Shown: in pieces, positions 39,001 to 46,664 of the stretch
Layout: every line of letters starts with the position of its first letter
Numbering within the stretch: the stretch's first letter is position 1
Virus record (IMG/VR): IMGVR_UViG_3300009873_000012
Coordinates: 6,136 to 70,135 of that record
Strand: one strand, 5' to 3'
Source: a virus
Taxonomy: Duplodnaviria > Caudoviricetes
Length of the DNA stretch: 64,000 nucleotides
The notes under the pieces: model-generated
The model's database searches: none
What the model saw: only the letters and a program-made list of their open reading frames with translations
Told to the model about the DNA's origin: nothing
Translations under genes and position numbers: made by a program

Positions 39001-41189
39001 AAGTAGGATCCATAACTGTGCCTGGACATCCCAGCTTGCCACTAGGCGCAGAAATTGGAGCCGTCGCCGGTGGTTATTATGGAGCCGGCACTCACTTAGT
39101 AGAAAATAGAAGTTTAGCTACTACTAACTATAGTGGAACTAGCGTAGAATCTAATCCTAGCGGGGCTCCCTACGTAGCAGATTATGGCGGGGTTACCTTT
39201 GGATCATGGACTGGATTATATGGACCCAACATAACAAGTATTAGCGTTAGTGTGGGTTGCCCAATTCAAACAACCTATCAAATGAGAACTTTTTCTCCGC
39301 GTAAGCTAGGTCTTGATAAATGGCTGGTAGATCAAGTTCAAAAAATCAATACAAATACACAGCGCCAAGTAGAATATGTTAGGAGACTTCTAGAATTAGA
39401 GCGAGGAGCGCGTCTCACAGCCTCTATAGGCGCACGTGCAGCAGATAAGCGCCAGAATCCCCAGGGAGAAATAAAACGCCTTGTGAAGCCAATGTCGTGC
39501 TTTGTGGGGCAGAATATAGATATCAATGGGAATACGCGCCCACTAGTTGAGGGTTCTCAAACTGCTATGCTTTCTGAGGAAATGCAGAATAGTTATGACA
39601 ATAAAGCGTTTATGTCTATTGACGGTTTATTAAGACCCGTTTCTATGGATGGTGGTGGAGGTTTACCCGCATTTTATCAATATGGTGATTATTTCACTTT
39701 AAGTGCTACTACCGCAGATATATTCCAGGATGACCTAATACCTCTCACTAATCCGGGCGGTATGAGTAGAAATATTGTATCTAATGTTAGAAGCGACACG
39801 CCAAATGTTGGGCACGATTTTGATATGGTTGGCAGGAGTGGAATTTCCGAGGAGAATCCTACTCCTAGTGGCGGTCTAATAATGAATTGTCACAATAAGG
39901 GCTTATGTAGTGTTAGTGGTGCCTATACAGATGACTATAGATATATGGCGCTTCGCGGACCATTAGTTATGCAGAGCTGGGGTTATGATTTAGATGGTAT
40001 ACCAGTTCCCAACAAAGTAGATACTCAAGAAGATGCAGTACAAGGTATTTTTGAAGACGATCCCAACGTATTACACCCCTCAAAATTTATGGATGGACAC
40101 CTACAAAAAGCTCATACTTGGGCTGTCGCTCCCATAGATTTAAGATTAGATAGAGAGCGCGGTGTCTGGGTTGCTGGTAGTGGAGGTTATCCTATCAAAG
40201 CCTCTTATGAGTGCGTAGTGGGCAACTATATTAAATTAGACAACTGTGAGGTTGAAGCTACACCATTTAGACCTAAAGCTCTATGTTTTGGCGCCGGTAT
40301 TTCTATTGATTTGCCATGTTCGGGAGATGAAACTTCTTGGGAAATCGATGAGACAACGGGCGATCTAATTATTTGCGATCCTATATCTACAACAAGTCCT
40401 TCTGTACTAAAAATAGGCGCCTCTATATTTATTACTAACGCCTTAGAAAATCCAGATGTTGGGTGTATTTATCAGGATTATACTGGTTATGTAGGCACAA
40501 TAGATAATCCTCTCGGGCAATTCTATAGAGAACGTAACGCCAACATAATTGTTTTGGATAATGGATTTATCACACAAGCTGACATAACAAACCCTTGTAA
40601 ATTAACCATTGGTTTGGCGGGTATAACATATACACAGCAATTTTATTCTGATTTGCGCTGTGAATCAGTTATTACTGAACCCACTGGAACTGAGGCGCCA
40701 TTTTTACAGTCTTTCCGCCTGCTAGCTACAGATAATAATGCGCAGTTTAATTGCGGCTTATTGGGAGATACGCCTACTTCAGTTGAAGATTACATAATTT
40801 GTGATTTTACAAAGTGCTGCTCACAAAGCGATAGTGTTAATGATTTTGAAGTGGTTGGTGTAGATGGCGGTACTGGTCAAGTATTAGATCGCAGTATTCA
40901 GCGCGGTGCTACTTTGGCAGTAAACTCTAATAATACCGACTTTTTAAACTTCACCGTTACTAATACTACAGATCACTGGATTGAAATAACCGGAGTAAAT
41001 GTTGTTGGAGACTACTTTGACAGTGGACCGACGATGTCACCAACGTTAATAACACAAAATCAAGCATTTCTAATTCAAGTTCCAACTAATACTACCGGTA
41101 GTTCCGTTACTTTGCGACATGGGCTTTTAGAGGTAACTCAAACTAGCGGTACGCCATTTGTCTTTGGGGTTATGGGGTTAGTAATATGA
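36039..41189 (+). CDS. Large tail-tip/baseplate protein
   Basis: 1716 aa acidic beta-rich protein at the end of the tail operon, with about 53 Cys by hand count. Confidence 0.65.
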   Translation: MSPLKYSGCDDCITVDNSVQTMYLGCSISTVSCSIGWNGSGSSYSVVLAEDSCVGPRVYWDECLEHHSENTADFGFFGEDRYERANGTQYSSCIKEDPSDTLVRAAIELNGLPSFLRIGEFEICGIISSWTRNNTCPVTYSVTLADTRIILQGVSLIISDYAGRVDQTIPLIDGGTNCPSTNLFNVFGFAEQFGLYCPEFSQCAPCVYASSATCPTAVDGIVHGSPFNGFGGSNWNEQGMPCSTIQLAFNLMANTLPATPTVFSPYGRVVYAKTDIPISLVGDACGLMQPDESVDACTDLNNFYFVDISELPTPPINYRFSGTAVTLMEVIDRLSQDFGFEYYVDLVPVKVEGTPCVYKFIKIRVVYRTTQPNLDAICSFIESADCQVESTIGRELRSETTSRFIIGGNKYSIYQACQSTDPEGVGDGTIASIDSCAGETSYVTNTGCTAIDDMIVPYFGTHYNGDLIDACLDASGYWYFNAPTFEVNSSLQCTGFSSPTITIGEKELLSALAGFENWKTYISVLNTPTWQAISQVTPTLALRSFGLTINALVADGKIAARDLVNPHVDKFGVADDPLDARCMDDEENIYQWVFKYASDYYGKRFAVRVPFSCCWADYENGKLRVSDLPSNDGGWTEVPTVIGLYNGGPLSVGAFEYLNFFRAEDGRILPFVKFTCALLLDTTSLAVDDYFYYYNITDGLSDVDSGAGPPSAVPMAGANRVYIDTLSNQIYIYYYTTAEWLPIQAVPTLVNSGVPSNTTVCAPASRFGTLPVDIPIYIDKDTCTVYISYKLPDYTETDGTVCANSDIDYTIEATVDLYVKAQVEETYKFFDHHCCFAPRVVVEIPQAIMFRNNEDSWFINGIEEAVCNYIDLVNSDPVAAGVELCVPGPLDCETLKAQLKTSVLNSIGGPDAWINIQRRSPLISAAAFPIRSTTISYGPWTNPSSAGGNIEVTQDPGLVPWNFGSYAGMNTAGQFLADAGRTDMLVGEVGSITVPGHPSLPLGAEIGAVAGGYYGAGTHLVENRSLATTNYSGTSVESNPSGAPYVADYGGVTFGSWTGLYGPNITSISVSVGCPIQTTYQMRTFSPRKLGLDKWLVDQVQKINTNTQRQVEYVRRLLELERGARLTASIGARAADKRQNPQGEIKRLVKPMSCFVGQNIDINGNTRPLVEGSQTAMLSEEMQNSYDNKAFMSIDGLLRPVSMDGGGGLPAFYQYGDYFTLSATTADIFQDDLIPLTNPGGMSRNIVSNVRSDTPNVGHDFDMVGRSGISEENPTPSGGLIMNCHNKGLCSVSGAYTDDYRYMALRGPLVMQSWGYDLDGIPVPNKVDTQEDAVQGIFEDDPNVLHPSKFMDGHLQKAHTWAVAPIDLRLDRERGVWVAGSGGYPIKASYECVVGNYIKLDNCEVEATPFRPKALCFGAGISIDLPCSGDETSWEIDETTGDLIICDPISTTSPSVLKIGASIFITNALENPDVGCIYQDYTGYVGTIDNPLGQFYRERNANIIVLDNGFITQADITNPCKLTIGLAGITYTQQFYSDLRCESVITEPTGTEAPFLQSFRLLATDNNAQFNCGLLGDTPTSVEDYIICDFTKCCSQSDSVNDFEVVGVDGGTGQVLDRSIQRGATLAVNSNNTDFLNFTVTNTTDHWIEITGVNVVGDYFDSGPTMSPTLITQNQAFLIQVPTNTTGSSVTLRHGLLEVTQTSGTPFVFGVMGLVI

Positions 41190-41755
41190 AAATTCACTTG
41201 GTTGATGAGAACCCTTTACAAAAAAAATTTATAACCTATTTTATTAAGGACTATGAGTACGTCCCATTGGAAGACTCCGACATTGTTCTTTATAGAAACG
41301 TATATCCTATAGTGCCCATCTCACACTCTCGTCAACCTCGTAATTTTTATATGAGTGGAAGATTAACTAAGTTGTTTTTTGGCATAGTATCAGACGAAGC
41401 TAAGTTTTCCAATGAGGGATATTGTTATTGTGAACACGACATAGTTATGAATAACTTTTTGGAGGCACTTCCATATAGACAAAACAAATACTATTCTTAT
41501 TATTATATTTTTATGGTTTTGCGCTACCTAATAGAAAAGGCGCGCCACATGATTCATGGCGCGCCTTTGAGAAGTCCGCTCGCTATTTCAGAACGTTATT
41601 CAGTATGTAGTGAATGTCCGTTCTTTGATAGAATATCAGAAGGTGAAGGACAGTGTTCTATTTGTTGTTGTGGTTTAAAGCGCGAGGGGAATGAGATGAA
41701 TAAGTTGGCTTGGAAAACTACAGTTTGTCCACACAATCCACCTAAGTGGTTTTAA
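41186..41755 (+). CDS. Hypothetical protein with C-terminal Cys cluster (possible Zn binding)
   Basis: ERYSVCSECPF...CSICCCGL...KLAWKTTVCPHNPPKW; last gene of the + arm. Confidence 0.6.
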   Translation: MKIHLVDENPLQKKFITYFIKDYEYVPLEDSDIVLYRNVYPIVPISHSRQPRNFYMSGRLTKLFFGIVSDEAKFSNEGYCYCEHDIVMNNFLEALPYRQNKYYSYYYIFMVLRYLIEKARHMIHGAPLRSPLAISERYSVCSECPFFDRISEGEGQCSICCCGLKREGNEMNKLAWKTTVCPHNPPKWF

Positions 41756-42368
41756 AGTCTTTAACCACATCTTTATTATTTATTGATTCTAAAATTTTAA
41801 TAGCCTGATCCCTAGTAATACAACTAATATCTCTTTCTACTGTATCTAGTGTAACGCCAGCGAGAGCAATTAAAACTTTATTTAGGTCCAGAGATTTATT
41901 TTTACAGAAGTTTTTTATACCCGTCCATTCTTTGGATGTCATTAATTCAACTTTAGATTTTACCGTTGTAGCTTCTTCTGCAGAAATCGTGCTCAAATTT
42001 AATAGCTTGCGGAATGCGCGAGATTCAGCACGGGTTTCGGCGGTAGAAACCGGATGAAATAGGTAGGGTTCCTCAGTATTGTGTTTTGATACGTCGGCAG
42101 CTCCACTTTGACAAATCATATTAGAAAGAGTAACCTGTTCGCCATTCTCTCCAGTTTCCTCTTTAGTAATTTCAACATAAACTGTACATACAGCTACTGC
42201 TGACAACTCTGAGGAAGACTTAATTTCAGTTACACATGAAATGATTTTACCAAGGGCAACTTCTACTACGCGGCGCAATCCACTTACTGTTGGGTGCCCC
42301 TCAACTAGTTCTGAGGCATCAAACAACCCCATAATATGCTTTTGCCATTCTTTGTCTGTTCTATCCAT
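41742..42368 (-). CDS. Putative Rad52/Sak-like single-strand annealing protein
   Basis: P.V.GLRR, a beta-sheet core, and SGAAD...AETRAESRAFRKLL resemble the Rad52-fold helix. This is pattern recognition only. Confidence 0.4.
   Translation of the reverse strand: MDRTDKEWQKHIMGLFDASELVEGHPTVSGLRRVVEVALGKIISCVTEIKSSSELSAVAVCTVYVEITKEETGENGEQVTLSNMICQSGAADVSKHNTEEPYLFHPVSTAETRAESRAFRKLLNLSTISAEEATTVKSKVELMTSKEWTGIKNFCKNKSLDLNKVLIALAGVTLDTVERDISCITRDQAIKILESINNKDVVKDFKTT
41746..41768. terminator. Weak hairpin at the junction of the two convergent arms
   Basis: GTGGT-tt-TAAA-gtc-TTTA-ACCAC followed by a T-rich stretch on +. It overlaps both stop codons. Confidence 0.3.
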
Positions 42369-42780
42369 TAAAAATCTCCTCTAAAAAATCAACATTAATA
42401 TTTCCAGCGAGCGGCTCAACATCCCACACGCACTTTACAACTTCTTTATATTCTATCGGGCAAACTAGTTGGAGTCCCCTATATGTTCTCATATTTAATT
42501 CTGCCGCTCGCCCATTCTGCCAATCCTCTGGAGAAGATACAAATAAATACTTTTTCAACGGCACATTACAATTAATTAAAAATTGCGCACTGTCAACACA
42601 AGTAGCCATTACGGGAGCGCGCCATTTCCATAAATGAACAGCATGGAATTGGGCTAGTGGCAACTCTATAGATAAGGGCGCATTAAAGAAAACAACCTTA
42701 TCAGTATTTAGCTTTTTGAACTCTTCAAGTAATTTATTAAGTTTAGAGTGAAAAGAATGAACATATATTGCAGCTGTCAA
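42361..42780 (-). CDS. Hypothetical protein (glycosyltransferase cluster)
   Basis: 139 aa alpha/beta ORF coupled to neighbours. Confidence 0.55.
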   Translation of the reverse strand: MTAAIYVHSFHSKLNKLLEEFKKLNTDKVVFFNAPLSIELPLAQFHAVHLWKWRAPVMATCVDSAQFLINCNVPLKKYLFVSSPEDWQNGRAAELNMRTYRGLQLVCPIEYKEVVKCVWDVEPLAGNINVDFLEEIFNG

Positions 42781-43399
42781 TGAGAAACTCCTTATATGTA
42801 TTGAATTTTTGTCTTGGCAAGATAGAAAGCGCGTTCAAGTCATCAATTACTGGTATATCCAATATTTGTAAAACTTTGATGAATTCCATGTCTTTAGTAT
42901 AGCACATTTTAGTAGAGCTGACAAGCTTCATTATATCGTTTTGAGTAAAATAACCAATAAAGTTTGGAAGTTTGGGACCATTGCCAACAATTAATACATT
43001 GTAATTTTCTACTAACTCATTTACAGAACTAATGAGAGTGGGGTCATTTTCCGTATTGATTATTAGAATATCTGAACGTAAAATTTCTTCCGGTTCAAGT
43101 TTACTATATACGGCATCATTAATATAGTCGTTTGGATCCAACTCCAACTGGAATACGTTTTCTTCATTATCTAAAAGGTGTTTGGGCGCCTTACAATTAA
43201 TAAAATAGATGGGCGTTTTTGTCTTATTGAAGCGGAGCGCCTTTTTGCCTATTTCAGATAAATCACTGATAAAGACAGCTTTAGGATTGACATGATCCCA
43301 CATTTTCACCGGCGCAACACGATGTTGTATCCCCATCGCACTCGCAGCTACAGCTAGATTGGCTAGCACTTGGTCTTTGTTCTCTTGAAATAATATCAT
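42743..43399 (-). CDS. Hypothetical protein, possible degenerate GT-B fold
   Basis: 218 aa alpha/beta pattern (LIVGNG...YFTQNDIMKLVSSTKMC) within the GT cluster. Confidence 0.5.
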   Translation of the reverse strand: MILFQENKDQVLANLAVAASAMGIQHRVAPVKMWDHVNPKAVFISDLSEIGKKALRFNKTKTPIYFINCKAPKHLLDNEENVFQLELDPNDYINDAVYSKLEPEEILRSDILIINTENDPTLISSVNELVENYNVLIVGNGPKLPNFIGYFTQNDIMKLVSSTKMCYTKDMEFIKVLQILDIPVIDDLNALSILPRQKFNTYKEFLIDSCNICSFFSL

Positions 43400-44066
43400 G
43401 TCTCTTTAACTCTCTTATAAAGTAATAGAATGGTTGATTCTGCATTAAATATAGGGTTTTTGATGCAATATAGTTATTATAGTCATCGTCTGAAAGCAAA
43501 AAGAAGCGAAATCCCTCATCATTTATTTGGCGGTCTAGATTCTCAAAATAGTTATCATTAATAATTGGATCGGGTTGAGAAAACCACACTAAATTAGTTT
43601 GTGAAGAATTTACTAAAATTCCATAAATTTGATTGGGCTCATAAAATCTAAAACTTTGCCAACGTATAGCTCCGTCTTTCTTCATTGAATTCCATAACTT
43701 ATATTCGTCGTGATTGTGGAACGCGAGAAAGACACTGCGTGGAGGCAGAGATTGCCGGCTGGCAGCCTCATAGAAAGTATTAGCGTCTTCCGCGCGATCA
43801 ACAATAGAAATAGCAGTATATTGTATGGTACATTCTTTGCGGGCTTCCTCCCACATTTTTTCTACTTCGCCCTTATAACCAGTCCAATCTTTTGTGCGCT
43901 TAAATTGACAAATTTTTCTCTTAAATATAAAGTTTGAACTATCATAGTCTATTAATTCTTCTAAACTAATGTCTTGTCCATAACATCCAATTTGCTTTTT
44001 ATCATTTCGAACTTGAAAAACACAGTCCTTACAGGACGTCGGAGATGCGGTTTGCAACTGATTCAT
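43281..44066 (-). CDS. Hypothetical protein with N-terminal CxxC, possible degenerate GT-A fold
   Basis: SCKDCVF...C...C followed by an alpha/beta region. The last 119 nt overlap the next gene. Confidence 0.5.
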   Translation of the reverse strand: MNQLQTASPTSCKDCVFQVRNDKKQIGCYGQDISLEELIDYDSSNFIFKRKICQFKRTKDWTGYKGEVEKMWEEARKECTIQYTAISIVDRAEDANTFYEAASRQSLPPRSVFLAFHNHDEYKLWNSMKKDGAIRWQSFRFYEPNQIYGILVNSSQTNLVWFSQPDPIINDNYFENLDRQINDEGFRFFLLSDDDYNNYIASKTLYLMQNQPFYYFIRELKRHDIISREQRPSASQSSCSCECDGDTTSCCAGENVGSCQS

Positions 44067-45099
44067 AGCTGTGTAATTCCTGAATAGTTTCTGTATTGTA
44101 AATATATACGTCGTTAGGTACGCTTTTACTATAAAACGCCGATCTCATATGAACTTGTAAATCAAGTATATTTATTTTGCGCCAAGTTTCCCAGCCCGTA
44201 TAAATATTTTTTAGCGGAGGATAACTACATACGCAGATATCTTCTACAGATTTAACGCGTCGCATCTTATAGTGCTTGTCGTCACACCCTATCCCCTGTG
44301 TGCAGATTACGTCCTTTCCAAAGTATAGGGCTTCTACTAGCGGAATACAGGTTGATTCACCATAACTGGGCATTATAAAGCAATCACATTGATGATGTAT
44401 ATCAATCATTGTTTCATAATCCAAGAAATCACTTATTAAGTAAACCGTTGGATAGTCTTCCTCAGAAGGATATAATCTCATAGTTCCCTTAATATTATAT
44501 AGGTATTTGGAGAACTCTTCGCGCATTTTAGTGCCGCCGCTAAGCTTCAATAAGAGTTTAGTGTTTTCTTCCTTTTTAAACTCCCTAAAGTAAGCCATTA
44601 TTAAATCGCCTATATTCTTTCGAATACACCACTCTCCAATAAAGTAAAAGATATAAGCATCAGATTGTTTTTCGTTTAATGGAGTTGAATTAAGACGCTC
44701 TAAATCTAGTGGCATTGGAATATGATGCACGTTAGTTAAACCTTCCAGCTCAAGCTTTTCCTTTTCTTGTACAGTTGGGCACCAGCATTGGTCGTATTGG
44801 GCTAGAGCGTCTAACCAGCCAGTATTTTTTAGATTACGAGTTTCCGTATATCCTATCCAAATATTCTTTTTATCTTTTGAAAGTTGAACGGTTCCAGGAA
44901 GCACATGATGAACTTCTGTATCAACTTCTCCAGTTTTAGCCTCCAGGTCCTTGATCCATTGATCTACTTCGCCTATTTTAGTACTTAATAAAAGTGTATT
45001 AGCACATACATCATTATCTAATGAGAGAGCTTTTAAATAGTTTTTAGCTCCATTACCCCATCCGTCGTTTTGTCTGTAAGTTCCTACAAACCTAATCAT
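44029..45099 (-). CDS. Glycosyltransferase, GT-B fold (family 4-like)
   Basis: GWGNGAKNYLKAL, FYFIGEWCIRKNIGDL.MAY, DCFIMPSYGESTCIPLVEAL. The start is placed at the ATGA overlap (45099). Confidence 0.85.
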   Translation of the reverse strand: MIRFVGTYRQNDGWGNGAKNYLKALSLDNDVCANTLLLSTKIGEVDQWIKDLEAKTGEVDTEVHHVLPGTVQLSKDKKNIWIGYTETRNLKNTGWLDALAQYDQCWCPTVQEKEKLELEGLTNVHHIPMPLDLERLNSTPLNEKQSDAYIFYFIGEWCIRKNIGDLIMAYFREFKKEENTKLLLKLSGGTKMREEFSKYLYNIKGTMRLYPSEEDYPTVYLISDFLDYETMIDIHHQCDCFIMPSYGESTCIPLVEALYFGKDVICTQGIGCDDKHYKMRRVKSVEDICVCSYPPLKNIYTGWETWRKINILDLQVHMRSAFYSKSVPNDVYIYNTETIQELHSYESVANRISDVL

Positions 45100-46664
45100 T
45101 TCATCCACTCCTCTTCCTTTAATTCGGCTCCACCACATCTTATATTTTCGATGTAATTAAAATATTTAAGTTTATTTTTATATTGTTCTATAGTATTTTG
45201 TACATTATTTGGCATGTATTCATTACCAATGTAGCGCCCTCCATGATAAAGTTCTTCCAGTTTTGCCACCGTTTTATAATTATATTTGTCTGGAAAAGCG
45301 CTAGAAGTTCTAGTAATAATGTCTACTTGTGGCATTCCATCATTTATTTTTTCAAAAAGCAGCGTACGTTTTGACGCGCTCCACTTATCTTTTAGATTGA
45401 GTGATTTAATATAAGAAATCCATTCATCAGTACATTTAGTTTTCCAATCATAAAGGCTGATAGCCGTTTCTCTAGGCTTAAATTTATTATCTAAAGCCTT
45501 TCTCATGCAAAGCGCCAAATCTTCTATATCTATTTGGGCGCGATAAGATCCTATGCTTTTGTCTTCGACCATCATTTTGGGTTTATTTAATATAGCGCCT
45601 ACTGAGGATCCCACTTCTTTCATAGCACTATAACTTACTACAATTGTTGATAAGTCACAAAGTGCCGCCTCAACTATAGGGCTGCCAAACCCCTCACAAT
45701 TAGACGCTTGAATATAAACGTCAAATAAATTATAAACATTATTTAAATCTGAGATTGTTGGCGAATCCGTGTTAACATCTACAATGCGCCCAGTTATAGA
45801 ACCAGTAAATGGACAATAAACTAATTTGTCTGAGAACTTTCTAGCAAAGCACATTCCAGTTTTTGTACACTTATATGTAAATAAGACTTTATCAGAGAGA
45901 CCATATCTCATCAAATATTTTGGAATATCCCATGGATCTAAATCTGGATAGGTTGTATGAAAGTATAAAATGGCGCGATCTTCTAAGTCTGGATTGTTGT
46001 CAAGAAATACACGAAATGCAGCCATAAGATCAGGAATGCGCTTTCGGGGTTGATTGCGTGCCACAAAACCAAATACTATTGCATTATCTGGAACGCCAAA
46101 TGCTCTCCTGTTTTCTAGCTTTTTTACTTCATCAAGCGGATAAAAGTCTTTTGAGGAGACCCCCATAGGAATAACTTTGTCGACTATTAAGCCGGCGTTT
46201 TCCATACTCTTTTTACCATAATTAGTATAGGCTACAAGGCTATTAGCTTCTGCCAAAATTGCTACGTTTTGATCTTTAATTGGATCAGAGTCTATTGGGG
46301 GTGACGCACAAAGATGATAAAAATCCCTTAATGGAGACGTTGTTTGAAATTTAATTTGCCAGGGGTCAATTGGAGAAATAACTATGTTGGGTTTAAAATG
46401 CAAGAGAATTTGATCCCACCTCCAAGCCCCATATTTGTTTTCCACATTAGATAAATAGTTTTGATATTCTTTATCGTTTTTATGGACTGTACTAGGATAG
46501 TATCTCCAAGGAACTTCTTTCTTATGTATAAAATACCCAGAGTATGCTAATTCGGCAGCCTCGAAATCAGGATGGTCGTGTAAAGCTTGTAATAAATTTT
46601 TTTTATAAACGGCGTAACCAGTGTTGGCATTAGACCTATCACCGGTTACTAAAACTTTAATCAT
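45096..46664 (-). CDS. Glycosyltransferase, GT-B fold (family 4-like)
   Basis: TGYAVY, GFVARNQPRKRIPDL, YNLFDVYIQASNCEGFGSPIVEAALC. Confidence 0.88.
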   Translation of the reverse strand: MIKVLVTGDRSNANTGYAVYKKNLLQALHDHPDFEAAELAYSGYFIHKKEVPWRYYPSTVHKNDKEYQNYLSNVENKYGAWRWDQILLHFKPNIVISPIDPWQIKFQTTSPLRDFYHLCASPPIDSDPIKDQNVAILAEANSLVAYTNYGKKSMENAGLIVDKVIPMGVSSKDFYPLDEVKKLENRRAFGVPDNAIVFGFVARNQPRKRIPDLMAAFRVFLDNNPDLEDRAILYFHTTYPDLDPWDIPKYLMRYGLSDKVLFTYKCTKTGMCFARKFSDKLVYCPFTGSITGRIVDVNTDSPTISDLNNVYNLFDVYIQASNCEGFGSPIVEAALCDLSTIVVSYSAMKEVGSSVGAILNKPKMMVEDKSIGSYRAQIDIEDLALCMRKALDNKFKPRETAISLYDWKTKCTDEWISYIKSLNLKDKWSASKRTLLFEKINDGMPQVDIITRTSSAFPDKYNYKTVAKLEELYHGGRYIGNEYMPNNVQNTIEQYKNKLKYFNYIENIRCGGAELKEEEWMK

